Source: Tubulanus polymorphus (Eukaryota > Animalia > Nemertea). From it: a DNA stretch of 64,000 nucleotides. The stretch spans positions 30,174,299-30,238,298 of the forward strand of contig NC_134025.1 in assembly GCF_964204645.1 (NCBI RefSeq). Reading direction: 5' to 3'. Below, piece after piece: positions 1 to 14,254 of this stretch. Made by a program: the position numbers and the translations under genes. Positions within the stretch are counted from its first letter, which is position 1; every line of letters starts with the position of its first letter. Under the pieces are notes generated by a model. It did no database searches. It was not told where the DNA came from and saw only the letters and a list, made by a program, of their open reading frames with translations.

Positions 1-1194
1 GAAATCTTAAATAAATCATTTTACCGTCAACGTTTTTCGACGCCGATGAATTAAAACCTCGTTCTTTGACAGACGGAGAAAGTGATTAATTCCGCAAACT
101 TCAAATCATAATCTTTTCGTTGTCAGTAATAACACACCGCGCGACGCAGCAGCGAAATCTCCAAACGCTCCACTGACAAACTTAATCTGGATGCATCAAT
201 TTCAAGGAAAAAATAGTTTCTCATTCTCGAGATTGTGAAAACGCAATCGAATCTTGTTGACAAACGTAGCTACAACTAAACTCAATTTGATGATTGTTTT
301 TAAATGTTTTAGATTCATTTTGGTCCCAAAGGGGCATTTGACTCATTTACCTGGGCCTAACAATTGAAAAATAGTGTTTTATTTAGTATTCGAACAGGTT
401 TTAGTTAGACATGATATAGACTATGGCAAGCGGCAGATTATAGAAATCAATGATTAAATCAGAAAATCGCTTAAAGCTCTTAAAGCCACAAATCAATAAC
501 ATCAAACAGACAAATGTCAGATTTGGATTGGAACTTTACCATAGAAATCAGTTCGAATAAGAGCTCACATTTTGACTGCCAATCAAGGATTCCGCTTGTG
601 GCAAGTGAGGATTCACCTATGGCAACAATGCTGTTTATTGAAACTCAATTTTGCCCGAGTTGTCCTAGAGTTATCCTACTGATACGTGTGTGCGGCATCT
701 ATTGATATAGTTGCTGCCACAGGGGGCCCTCATTGATCACCATTTCTAAGAAGTTTATACCTTAAGAATTTCGCAAATTCGAAAAACTTTCAGCAAATAA
801 GATTTTTTCACGGGAAGAATACTTTTTACGAAACCTGTTGGTAATTTCTACGCATAAACAAGTTCACAATTAGCCGGAAATAGAAACAGTAATCGATCAA
901 TGGAACCATTCATCTATAAACGCATCTGACGAACTGGACAGCTTCGATAGCAAAACTGTCATTCAGTGACAAGCATTCTTCACCGAAATCCTTTGACAAA
1001 TTCTACTACGGACATTGATGGAGTGGATTGCACTGTGAACCAGTAACAAAAAATCAAGAGTGCTCGATACATGTGTCAATCAGATACTAAATCTTGCTAT
1101 CAATCATATACCGGTACCTACAAAACATATCGAGATTTTAGTAATTGGTTTTTGAGGCGGTAAATAGATGCCAGCATACCCACATTTTTTACAT

Positions 1195-1410
1195 GGATCA
1201 AATTCGGCCCATGCCAGATCAGGCTCTTCTCAATATAGCACAGGCCTGTGCTATATTTAAACATTGGACAAATTATTGTGTGTGAATGCTAAATGTAAGT
1301 GACTCACCTCACTTACCACAGCATCATTTTGCTAGTATTTCAGTAAAGAGTGAGTGATTTACGTGTGAGCACTCTCTATAATTAGACACTGGCCAGATTT
1401 TACCTGGGTT
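1195..1410 (+). repeat. Dispersed repeat family copy 1; related copies at ~14255-14435 and ~16460-16635
   Basis: Blocks CAAATTATTGTGTGTGAAT, AAGTGAYTCAC(C/T)T and GGCCA(G/A)ATTT recur between the copies; element class not determined. Confidence 0.6.
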
Positions 1411-4400
1411 TATGGGTTCGATTGGAATGCATCTTTGGCCTCGCCCATCAATAGGAAAAACCCTTGGACGTCCTAATAAATCCCTGAGTTAACGCTGGGT
1501 AGGTTGAGTCAATTCAGTAATCAACTATTGTGGTAAATGTTTAGTATGGTGGTGTTAATATAAAAGATGTCAGTAGATCACGTGCAAAACAAACTGTGCT
1601 AATTATCAGATGAAACTCATCAACAAGTAGTCTACACTGAGTCACCTGTGAAAATGTGATCTATTTCTGATCAATCGGTCGTCATATTGTCAATTTACAC
1701 TTATCCTAAAGTGTGAAATATATCAGCGTTGATTGCAACGAGGAATATAGATTGTCTCCTATCTGTGGCTCATCATTTGAAATGTGTCCGCAATAATTTT
1801 ACGACAAATTTTCTCCATTTTCTCTAATTGGGAACTTTATTCCACGAGGATTACCATAAAGCTTTCAGAGTATTCTAAAACTGTCACGTATTCATCAGTA
1901 AATAGATAGTTTTCATTATTATTCATGACAAGTACACTTTGTATACAACTTTCATCAGAAGACAATAAATGATTATTTATCACATTTCGTATATTTCTAT
2001 ACAACTTTGTCAGAAGAAGACAATGATTATTGTCTCTAATCAGTTGATATATTTCACTGATAATTTGTAGCGAATGCACTTAATGGATTGTTTTCATTAT
2101 CACATGCTGCATAATTCTGTCCTAGTTTCATCAGAGAAGAATTTATAAATTGATATTTTAATTATTCCTGATAGACTCAGCTTCATTTCAATGTTTGTAA
2201 TTATCTGTTGTCCATACTACTTAGTTTCAGACAGTAGATCTAATTAATTCTGTGATATTTCAGAAAAAATTAAATCCATTTTGTAATAAATTCTGTCTTA
2301 CGTGTCACTACTGGGAATTCTAAACTAGACATCTTCAAGGCCTTTTATTTCTAATAACTAGAAGCACGAGATTCATTTTTCTAAAATATCCCATCTTGAT
2401 TTTACAATCTTATTTTCGGTTTTATGAATGTGGCTTTTTCTTCATTTTCCTATCATTTGAATTCGATTCACAAAGTATACAATTTGCACCTTTTAGAATT
2501 TTTCTGCAGCAGTATTAAGAAATCTGTGCTCCGAGTAAAAGGCGAAATCTGAATTTGATTGGGTATGTTATAAAGTAAATGCCGGGATTTCAATTCTACA
2601 AATTACTCGCACAGTAATATATCATGTAGTAATATAGATATTCTGAATTCAGTTTTTCAGTGTAATTTCTCCAGGCATTTCACACATCGCTATAAATATC
2701 ACAGATTTGAAATGCTTTCCGGCAGATTTCCATAAACTCTACGTACAAGATTCTACTGCAGTCAAATAAAACCGACAATTGAAATGTGAACAGGTTTTAG
2801 TCAGAACACAAATCATGTCTAGAAGAAAAAAGCATTATGTGAACAAAAATAAAGAGAGTATTTGATTTAGTTTTACTCTATGCTATAGGTTTTTTCCAAT
2901 CACTAATGTCCATGGAAACTGACGAATTGTATCTATTTAAGGTTTTCTGCTACTCTCACGGTGTCAAATAATGAGGCTGCATTTTAAAATTTTAACTAGC
3001 AACGAGTTGCAATCAGTTGAAGTGAATAATAACACTTGAATGACTAGAGGTATTTATAGTATGGATGACAGCTTCTCAATCAAACTCATCAGTAATTCCT
3101 TTAGGCTACTTATCAATTGTCACATTCTGATTTCATACTTCATATGTAGGCTAGTATTTCTCTCGAGATACTTATTGTGCAAACTGAACCTCTGAAGAGA
3201 CAACGATATTCCCTATAAATATTCCTCAAATCAACCACTCATTCTCTCATTCTAGTGGTAACAGGTATCATTTAGAAAATCTGTTTTGTAAATGGCTCAT
3301 AGCGTTTGAGTTGAAGCATCGAACTACTCATTTATCATTTTAATTGGGGATTTTTTTTTTCATCAAACTTTTGCCTGATTTCTGTGGGTTTGTGTTTGAT
3401 GAATAAATAGAGCAGTTTCAATCCTCGATAAATGAATGCTGTTAATTTGAATAAGATCTGGGCAACCGTAAGTACTATTTGTCTTAGATGAAGATATAAC
3501 CTCAGAGGTTTTACTCATTCACGTAGAATGTGTTCAATCAATTTGCTCAATTTGAGTTTGATGAATGTTAGAATATACGAAAAGATGTTTTAGTTTTAAC
3601 TGTCAGTCATCTTAGAAGAGTTTCACACGGCAAATAGACAAGCCATGTCATCTTCAACTACTACATCATCAGTGTAACAGCGTATTCCATATTTCCATAA
3701 GCTTGAATGAAGCGCAAGACATTTTGACATCATCTCTGTTCAGTCAGTCATCAGCGCGTCGGTTAACGTCAGAGTAGAAATCTAATTTCATTCAGATTCT
3801 CATTGATCCTACGCATTCTCAATATGTGGTCCGCATACAACAACATGAAAACTACATGAAAAGAGAGAAAGTGAATCACTTTTTGAATTGTAATTACGAT
3901 TCTGAGAAACTGCGCAAACATGTTCAATAGTAATCAACACATCATCACCAGCATATGAGTAAGATCTTTAAGATTTCTAAAATTCAAATACTTGATTGAT
4001 TTATAATGTTCACAACGTTCTGGGATGAATCAAGGACCTCTAAATACCCTACAATTTTCTACTGGTTGATACGGATGGAACCCTTTTGCGAGATCTATTG
4101 CCCCTTCTCCGTCATCGGGAGAACCCTGGATCCACTAATAGTGAATAGATAGATGAGGGAGACGGTTATTCAGTACAACGTTATAAGTAAGTCTGAACTG
4201 GAACCTGAAGACACTTCAGGGAAACAGCATATGGAAAGTGTTGTACGAATGGTATATTTTATTATTTCATTCAGGTATCGATGTATCGCTTAATATTCCC
4301 AACAATAACGGCAACTGATTTGATGGGTTTATTACGAATGGACCGCACAATTCCATCCAACGTAAATACGAAAAGAGCCGAAGGGAGGCATAAATCGGCG

Positions 4401-6944
4401 GGCGGTGATATACGTGGAAATGATCATCATACTAAACACAGAGAGAGAAAAAAAACATGTTTAAAACCGACGTTCCATAATATCAGCAGCAGACGGACGA
4501 GAGAGAACATATAGAGAATACTGAGAGCTAATAGAAATTACAACAGATAAAAAACTGCCTTCAAAAATTGTTTCATAGGTTATTTAACCGTGTAGACGTG
4601 AATGTATGCACGCTTTACAGTTGTAGAAGTAATGGCAAAATGCCATAACGGTGAGTTGAATATTGGAAATAATAATGAAAATATTATCGCTACTGATAAC
4701 TTTTCATGGTTTTATGATTTTCCAGAAGTTGGATGTAATTTTTGCGGTTTGCATGACCGGAATTACTAATAGAATCGAGCGCAGCATTGCCACACTTTTC
4801 CATCAGACATGATAACGATAAGTTTCCAGGAACAAAAGAAAAATAGACGCTGAAATGTTCGTCTCACGTCCGTCGGTCGTCACACGCTGTTTTCAGAAGA
4901 AGGAATTGGGAGACCAGACAAAAATTGCGAGCAATATTAACAGTAGATACGAACTGATCATACTGCGATCACAATCAGTAAACCTGCAGCTTATGAATAT
5001 CTGATACCAACAGAACAGACGCTCTATTTATTACATTTATAAATGAGAATGAGAATAATATTCATTAACTCGATCGAATGAAGCCTCCTTCCAAAGACTG
5101 AAATCATGCAGAATGACAGTATCAAGAGAATCCCACAATAGCAAAGAAAAATAGTTTAAGTTATCAAAAGTGATATGATCTGAGGAATAATAATAACATG
5201 GATATAACGTCTTATCAATCGTGATCAGATCATGCAGAATTTTTCAATTCTGATCAAGACACATGACCTGGAACATTGATCATGATTCGCACCAAATTTT
5301 ATGATATCTGAGATTTGAAAAAATCTGTTTAAACATACAGGGTGATGGTTGATCTTTTTAAAGAGCAAAAAACTGGTCATCTTGACACTTGATGATTTAC
5401 TAGTCTCCCAAACTATTGCAACTTCAGAGGTTTATGTAAAGGCAGCACAAAACTAGAAATGAAGATTTTATTCATTTTTCACCACTTTAAAACTTGTTTA
5501 GTGTTTTCATTCAAACGTGCTCGTGAAAAGTCGGAAGAAATGAAATGAAATACAGCTGTATTTAATGTCAGTTTTTCACCGATATCAAATAACATTAACG
5601 TCCAAAGTAAAATATGATTCGGAATAAACCTCTAGTTTGGACCATTTAAGGGTATGACACCAGAAATTAGATAACAGCTTGAAGTGAGGCAGGATGTCCG
5701 TAGAGGCAGGTGTTCTGCTAGGAAGTGAGGCAGGGGGTCTGTCTGTAAAGACAGGTGTTCCGTGTAATAAGGGTAGAGACAGGTGTTCTATAAGTGAGGC
5801 AGTCTGTCTGAAGCAACAAGTGTTCTCTACTATAAAACAGGTTGATTGAAAGATGTAAGAGAAGCAGTTAGTTCTCTCTTCAATACTTTATTGAAGTCAT
5901 GAATCCTAACACTTAGATTTAACCGGGGCAATACATTTATACGTAATCGTAGCAGTAATTAATAGAGTTGTATTGATCGCGATTCATTACAACTCGATAC
6001 AAACCAATATCCATCCATTACTGGAACTTATGACGACGACTTAACAAATCTATAACAGTTTGATAACTGTTAAAAGCGCTTGCGGTTTGTTCCCAACGCG
6101 CAACGCGCGTGCGTATCATCCATTTGTAACCATTTCGGTTACGAGATGCAGCTTTTTTTGCTATGCACATTTTCCCCTCTAAATGGCTCGGTATAAATGA
6201 TTCAGACATCACAAGCGCCGAATATTCCCACTACGACACTAGATGGAAAGTAATGTCATTTTTTGCGAGGTCGGTCGAAATGAATTCATATACCTGATGC
6301 GAACCCGACGGCTAGCACGGAAGAATGAGGATTGATGTCGGAATGAATGAGTTTTCGGTTAGGTGTGGATTATAACACCGGGTAAAGGTGTAAGGAGATG
6401 TTTCGTGTAAGATAGATGATATAAATGTTGCGGTGAACGAACTACTGATAGAATCGGCGTATGAATTCTGATGATATCTCTGTAAAGTCTCGTCTATCGA
6501 GTGCTGCTGCTGCTGCTGCTGCTGTAAAATGCGGGATTTCTTTCGACACAAATGTAAAAACTGTTTCTAAGCTCATCGATTGGTGAAAAGTATCGGCGAA
6601 GATTATGTCTCACTGTTTTTCATGTAAACATAAAACCGTTGATTACGTGCAGAATGAAGTGAAGAATGAAGTGAAGGATGAAGCTGCTCATATGAGAAGT
6701 AAACCTTGTGTCTAGGAAGAGGCTGCGGCAGTTGAATGATGTCTCGATGCACAAGTCCATCCATTCTCAACTTTCTTATCTATGGTTAATGAATCTTTAT
6801 ACCACTGACTTCTTTTCTCTTTTAATATCATCGGCCAAAAAGCTCTGGAGCTACCACAACCCTGGATTGATCAGCACATGAAAGACTGACTGCTACCACC
6901 AGGGCTCAAACGCATGAGCCCTGGGTTGATGAGAGACCAGTGAA

Positions 6945-7062
6945 AGACTGACTGACTGACTGACTGACTGACTGACTGACTGACTGACTGACTGACTGAC
7001 TGACTGACTGACTGACTGACTGACTGACTGACTGACTGACTGACTGACTGACTGACTGACTG
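6945..7062. repeat. (GACT)n microsatellite
   Basis: About 29 perfect GACT units. Confidence 0.97.
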
Positions 7063-10000
7063 CTACCACTTGGATTCAAACATGAGCCCTAGACAAGAAA
7101 CGAGTACATGAAGGATCATCAGGATTATTTAACCCATGGGTTGAAACCATCATAACCTAAGATTCATCTCTGCTCAATGATTATAAGAATAATTTTCATG
7201 TCTTTTTCGCTGTAATCAAGATAGAGCGATAACGAATGCTTGAATCAATATATTAATAATATCAATGTATTAATCTTAGGCATCTCGGATAAGAACTAAG
7301 TCAACAATATTTTCTTATTTACTGTGATGGCTGAAGTCCAGTCATATACCTGTAAGCCCATTACGTCAGACATTCAGGTATACAATTTTTGATGCAAGTA
7401 AGGTTTCTATCTGTAAAGGCTTCTTGCAGAGTGCAGTGGTGTGTGGTTCATCGGCTATTCATTAGTTCGAAGCTTCAGCGATGGCACAGTTTCAGGGCGA
7501 TGGTTTGTCACCGACTTCTTTCTCTATAACAGGGAAAAACAAACCCTAAACCAATAATAATTCATACCAATATTTCGCGTATGAAATCTGAACGTTATTG
7601 GAGGTGTTTCATTACGTCCCCCATAGTTTGTCTAGTGTGCCAGATAAAACTTGTCACATACAATATCATCAATAAGTAGCAAATTAATGCCACATGATCA
7701 AATTAATGCATTACTGAACTTAGAAGAAATGATCAGTTAATTGATTTATACAGTTCTGGTCATTTGCAGTTTATAGAATTCATTACATATTGCGTCCTCT
7801 TCGTGAATAGTCTAGAATTTGAATTCCTCTGAATGACCCACGTTTGAGGTTATTCCGAATGTCCTCACCTTTCACCGGGGCAGAAAACAACACCACCATT
7901 TTAGAGGAAATCCCCACAGATAAATGACAGGAGTCCATATTAGGCAGAATTCAGTTGTCAAAGTGGTTTCATCACGCATTCTAGCATCGCTAACACGGAC
8001 AGCTTTTTGCAATATGCATGGACAGGGCTATTACTTGTTATTTTGCTAATGACCGCGGGGCGCTGCGTCGGGATTAGGTTCATTCGACTAATGCTTTTTG
8101 CCGCCGAGCCGGTGATATTGTTATATATGTATGAAAACGGAGCCTTTTATAGATTGGTTGAAATCTCGAGAAAATTTGCAGCGCTTCGCGTCAGGAGAGA
8201 ACGCGTCGTCTCTCGACGGAACAAACGATGATCCAGATCTAGAAAAAGTCACGAATCATTTAAAAAGAAATAATTGACAACGGTAAAAGTCATGAAACAG
8301 ATCCGAAGACGTCTAGTCAACCAATTAATGTCTGAGTTGATGCTTCACCGTCCTCGGGCTAACCTCGTCACTGCACCCATCATCTTCAGCAGTGAAATTT
8401 TCTCCGTCGATAATTGCTCGTTTTATGAATTTTGATGTAGAAGTTTTGTCGAATGAAGGGATTCTACAGGTCCAAGCCTCGACATACGCATGAGTTTTGT
8501 TGCAGATGTAGCAAAAAGAAATTAATAAGATGACATTTGCATAAGCCTTGATCACACGGAGATGATTTGGCAGAGGCTCGAGTCATTAATTAGAGAGCAC
8601 CCTCGCATGCAAACCACTCACTCGATATTATACAATGCTCAAACAAAGCCGAACCTGTTGCAACTCAGACGCAATCATTTGTCCCATGCTAAAATTTGAC
8701 ATGGCCTGGGCCAAAAACCCTCGTGTTGACTATACATTTACTGCCATTACTCCTCCTGGTCAGTCCTAAGATTTGTTTTATTCTCTACAAACAGGTCTTA
8801 CTGATCAGCTTTACATATATCTATTCTCTACTGTATAAAGATAGTTATATCTGTTTTTCTATGCAATGCTGTCATTTCAGTTGACAAAATCAATGAAAAC
8901 AATGATGACGTATTAAACAACTGAGGCATAGATACAGCAATGACATCACTACTCGGCACGCCTACTGATTTCAGCGATTAATACCAATAAAAATAGGGTG
9001 TGAGCGTGAATCTTTATAGACAATTTAGCGTCCAAATACGGTTGTAAAAGAGCCTTGACATTTAGCTGGTAATATGCGTAGGTAGATCGACGACGCTCTA
9101 TTTAAACTGTCATAAATCATTTCTTCAATGATTTTCAAACGGTATTCATTAAAATTTGAATTATTATGATTTGAATGATACGACAGATTCCCAGCGGAAA
9201 ACAGTTAAACTGTTGGCTAGGTGGCAATTTACAGCAATGGAATAGAGTGAATTGGACCCATGGGTTTAAAGTGTCTTATAGCATCGTCGAGTGTAATGTT
9301 AGATTACAGCAACGTCAATATTGAAAACTACTCCATCTCAGGAAACCCGATAGATGCTCAAATAGTTCATCCATTTTCGTTGCTCTACCCTACGCCGCAA
9401 GAACCTTCAAAGAAAAAATAGTCAAAGATACAGTAAATAAGTGATCGACACATTTTTTCTAAGGTTTCCCCGACGACACCGATTCATTTGATATTAATTC
9501 AATAATTGAAGCACCCGCGGTACGGGGGTCTGTCGGTACATTCATTACAAGTTACATCATTTATTTCAAATGCCGCGTGCTCGCGATCCTCTGTCGCTGA
9601 TATAAGGTAACAAAACACGCATAAAATCTGTTGCATTTTCAAATGAAGATAATCCAGGATTTCCTAGACGGAGAGAGAAGTCAGCAATAAAGATAAACCG
9701 TATGTAGAGATGAGCTGAACTATGACTCAGTTGTGACCAATGTGAAGTCAATACTAAGAAAATATCTCGTCTCAGACGCAGTAAATGAGACATTACTGTC
9801 ATTCAGTATCCAATATACATTCATCTACGAACCACTTGTTGATTGTTAGTTCTATCTCAGGGTCGTTGTTGATTATTTGAAGAAAACCTACAAGCAGTAA
9901 ATGATGCTAATCGAGTGCACAAAAAAGCTATAAGACATAGACGACGCAAGACCAAGATCTGGTTACTCAGTATCTGGTTCCTGATCCCAGTTAAGCATAG

Positions 10001-11634
10001 TCAAGGTTTAGATATAAAACCGGTCTAAGTCTGTCTTGCTTCTATAGCCGATCTAACATCTTCAGACCAGTCGAAGCTCATTTTAGTTCTATAACCAATC
10101 TAACAACTTGAGACCAGTCCAAGCTCATCTTGGTTCTATAACCCGATCTACACAACTGCTCGTCTCTGTAGACCCTAAATCCGCATAGATCTTCTGATTA
10201 ATTGTTTTCATTTGCCACAAAAGCTTTCAATTTTAGGAATTGATACGACAAGTGAATATATTTGTTGGTTGTTGAATACATCAAACTACGCGTTGTTGAA
10301 GTGATATATGCATTAGATGGGTGCCGGTGTATTGAAGGTATACGTGGTGGTCGAGACGATGCAATCAGATGTCTAGAGACTGATGCATCACCCTCCACAA
10401 TCACGTCTATATCCGTTGAGGATCCGACCGACTTAATGACAATTTGAATCAACCTCTTATATGTCCATTTGTCTCCTCACCCACTATCAGTTCTCACTTA
10501 CAGCGGTTGAAGTTAGTAACCTCAGATTCTATACCATTGCGCTCATCTTAAGTAAAAACTTTCAATTTATCTAATTGTTTTGCGGGTTTAATCTTGAATT
10601 CTAAGTTTGTTTCTTAGATGAATCACAGTCACTACACGGTCGGTCAGTTAATACTGATTGCACCGGTGTGGATATTTACCCAGCTGAAAGCAAGCAGAAG
10701 GATACTTTCATCAATTTCACCAGGGATGCATTCATCGACTCTTTCCATACTGGGATTAATTCATCAATATTTCATAAATGTAACTGGTCGTCATTGAAAC
10801 TCTGACCAAACAACTGTCACGAAACATTTACATGTATCGGTAGTTGAAGTTGCTGACAATGAGTGAGGTGACTATTATTGAGGTACCATATGTTTACATA
10901 TCTGTGCATGGTGGTTGAAAAGAGATAGTGATATATAAAATGATCACCGCAGTAGAAATGAGATTATTGTTGAATAATCATGATTTATGAAGGGATCAGT
11001 TCATTAAATACTGTTTAAATAATAACATAATTCGATTTAAAAGCGTCAAATTGAAAAATATGGTTTGTAGAATACATCGTTTGTATTCATATTGTGTTTA
11101 TGTATAAATTGCCAAATGAATGTATTTTCAAAAGTAAACAATACTGATAACTAAGATACACTAAACGCAATCATCAGAAACTTCAAGACCGTGTCGACCT
11201 TAATGGGATTAATTTTCTATAATCGAGCAGCCTGATAGAAAAGAGATGAAGTTTGATTTATGATCACTGCAGCAGCAGCAGCAGCAGCTAAATTTTATCA
11301 TCAACGCTTCATTAATATAAAAATAATCAATCAACAAATGATTAAAAATACCAATGGTGATAGAGGTAGATTGAGGGAAAGAGGTGAAGGAGAGAAGTAG
11401 AAGCTAGGATATTATACTGAATTCTGTAGAGGTTAAACTGTAATCACTGAAACACTGACGACAAACATAAGCAACATCTGTCAATTTTCCAGACAGTCTT
11501 CAAATAAATATCGCGGTCAAGGATACTGTACACATCGACATAAATATCCAGGGCAAAACCCTGTTAAATAAAGTAGGATTTCCCCGCAGAAAATAATGAA
11601 TATTTTCGAAATAAATAAACGATCAGAAACTTAC

Positions 11635-11710
11635 GTGTTCCGTCGAACCTCGTAGCGATTGTATCGAGGAAATTATTCTGCGGCGCGATAAGTCCCTTCC
11701 TGTTGGGCAT
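11635..11710 (-). CDS. KCNH8: First coding exon of an EAG-family, Elk-subfamily voltage-gated K+ channel (KCNH8/KCNH3/KCNH4-like); downstream exons lie left of the window
   Basis: Reverse complement reads ATG CCC AAC AGG AAG GGA CTT ATC GCG CCG CAG AAT AAT TTC CTC GAT ACA ATC GCT ACG AGG TTC GAC GGA ACA C|gtaagt = [25 protein letters not shown](H). This is the PAS-cap N-terminus characteristic of Elk channels ([26 protein letters not shown]), ending at a consensus phase-1 GTAAGT donor. I did not find exon 2 in 1-11634. Confidence 0.93.
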
Positions 11711-12396
11711 AATTCTTTATTACTATAGAAACTGTGCATCACGATTAAACATTGTATTCCCGTTTAAAAATCCCTCGTCTTCACCGTCGACAATTCGTTA
11801 CACGCTTCATACGTATAAACTTAAATATAATCTAAACCTCGTCCTCAGCTGTTGAGCGTCTATCGCAATTTCAATAATCCACTAGATTTTTTCGCATGCG
11901 AATGATTTAAAAAAAAATTTAACACGACGTCCGTTTTTGAAAATCGGTTACGATGGATGTTGTCGCAACACGCGTGCCTGTGCTATACTGTCTATCACTG
12001 CGATCACATACTACAATAGGATGACTGCGCGTACAGAGCTGCCCTCTGTTAGCGATACCGATAACTAAGATACACGCGTGCGCGTGCATGTATTGATCAT
12101 GGAGCATCTGTGCGATCACTGATTACAACCAACAATAACTGTACAATCAAATACTGGTAATAACTATAGTAAAATGATAACTACTGATGATCGCTATAGT
12201 ACAATTCTACGAGCATTTCATGAGGCCACGTCCATAGTCATGGATTTATATAACACCAGGGGAAAACCATCTCAATTCTATAGCCTATCAAACAACTTAG
12301 AACTGGTCAAAAGACATAAGGCCACATTTGAACTTAAGTAGTCACCACTGTGCAATTGGGCCCTGGTACTGGTAACTATTTCATTAAAAAGAAGAC

Positions 12397-12540
12397 AAAT
12401 ACCACGATTGAAGAGATGAAATCAAAAAAGTTTATTGAAGTCGCATCAGTCCTTATAACCATCATTAAGTGTAAATAGAGAAATATAGTGAATAAGTAAA
12501 TACAAAAAGAAAAGCTTATTTCTCTTCAATCGTGGGATTT
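12397..12540 (-). mobile_element. Degenerate Penelope-like element terminus with a 20-bp inverted repeat
   Basis: AAATACCACGATTGAAGAGA (12397-12416) and TCTCTTCAATCGTGGGATTT (12521-12540) are inverted with 1 mismatch. The minus strand between them reads TTAATGATGGTTATAAGGACTGATGCGACTTCAATAAA, a decayed version of the layout at 34.9 kb. Confidence 0.4.
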
Positions 12541-13487
12541 ATCATTTCGCTTTTATCATATTTTTCACAAATTTGTACATTTTTAACTATTTCCACTATA
12601 GTGTTAATTATCACTAAAAAAGTGCATTGTCATTTTATTACGAAGATTTATGGATTTGTGACCTAGAAAGAGGACAACAGTAATTACGTGAAGCAATTAT
12701 CATCATTTCGATAAAATGGTTGTAGGATGTTTAATAAAACTCTCTCAATTTACTTATTGGATAATAAAACTATGAAAACCAATTCATGGAAAGCTATGAC
12801 AAATCATGTAATCATGCAATACTTTAATTATGATTTTGTAGGATACAAAAAGGCCTCTCATTAGAGCAAGTTTAATAGTCAATAGTTTACAGCAAGCTCC
12901 AAAAGAAGACTATTTTATCCCCAAAACTTTTAAGTTGAGGTTCCCTGTACGATCTAGGGACTGGTAGGCAATATTTTTTTGGCTTATTTTTAAAATGAAT
13001 CAACAAAAATGTTGAAATTAGAGAAATCTGGATGGAACCAGTTTGCAGGACAATTTTTTCAGTCTTACACAAAACGAGTTTCATCACAAAAACAAAAACC
13101 AAAATGACAGCAGATTTTAACAGTCAATTTAATGGTAATCATTCTAGATTATTACATTAAACATATGGAATCAGGTTGGGGTTAAATCGAGTATACTGAG
13201 ATTCAAATTATGATTCGTGTTTGTGTGAAATTGAGGGTTCACTAAGAACATCGTAGGCTGTGGGTTAATTCAGGGTTTACATGTACCGAAATCAGGCAAT
13301 AACTTTCTATCACGAACGTCTCTTACAGCCGAGTAAAAATATCTTAAAAAATATCAACAAAGTGACATAAAAATGACGGGAAAAAACGATGAATGAACAC
13401 AGAAGAATCTGACAATAAATTTCACTTTCGTGTCACTCTAACAACAACTGTTGTACAGGTGATCCTTTATTTTGTCACAAGGCAAGT

Positions 13488-13501
13488 GTCACCATGGAAA
13501 C
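13488..13501. promoter_or_regulatory. RFX X-box candidate
   Basis: GTCACCATGGAAAC fits the imperfect X-box palindrome; it lies next to a CpG-rich patch about 1.8 kb upstream of the Elk ATG. Confidence 0.45.
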
Positions 13502-14254
13502 TGTATACTGATGACACTTGAAGCAAAAATGACATTGACAGAATTCACTCACGGTCGACTGATTTTCAGGTTTATTGTAAAATCTTGCGCCGTACACGTT
13601 TAATGACGTTGTCGCGCAGTCAATTATTCGCGTTACTAACGCGACAATTATCATACGGAGCGCGCGGAGGAAAAAACTATCGAATTTATCGGGGCGCGAG
13701 CTCGTGCTCCACGGATCCCCGGAACTACCGAAAAAACAACGCAGCATTTAAGCGTCACACGTAATTATCTATTAGTGCAAATATAGGTTCATTAGCGTCG
13801 ACCAGCAGACTGAGAACACGCGTCGTCGACAACCGCAGCGCTGATCGTTTTTGGAGCTCCCCGAAGATCAATTCACTGAACAGCAGCGCACTACCAATTA
13901 ACTACTTATGTAAATAACTTCTATTCTATTAGATAGAATAACACAACAACTCTCTCAGCTCTCTCGTCCGATTATTGTGTTATGTGTTTGTTATTTTTTT
14001 TTGTAACTAGAAAAAAGCTCGAAAACCTAATTATACAGCGCTAAAACTTATAAAGTAGAGTGCTAAAACGTTTATTGTATCCTCAATTAACTATTCATAA
14101 TCTTTGCCAAAAAGTTTTACAGTGAAACTTGCTTCGCTCATTGCAGCTGGGACGATCATTATGTTGGCAACTATCAAAACTTGTATCTAATAAATATAAC
14201 TGGAAAAATGCAAATTAGGATGAGAAAATACAACTGATTTATACAATGGCGACT

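Noticed and set aside
25-200. Possible alternative coding first exon of Elk (minus-strand donor ACG|GTAAAA at 25, CpG-rich)
   Set aside because: No ATG-initiated open frame reaches the donor; at most a non-coding exon, and unsupported
6312-6551. PolyQ-containing 79-aa ORF
   Set aside because: Driven by a CTG microsatellite, non-ATG start, no recognisable homology
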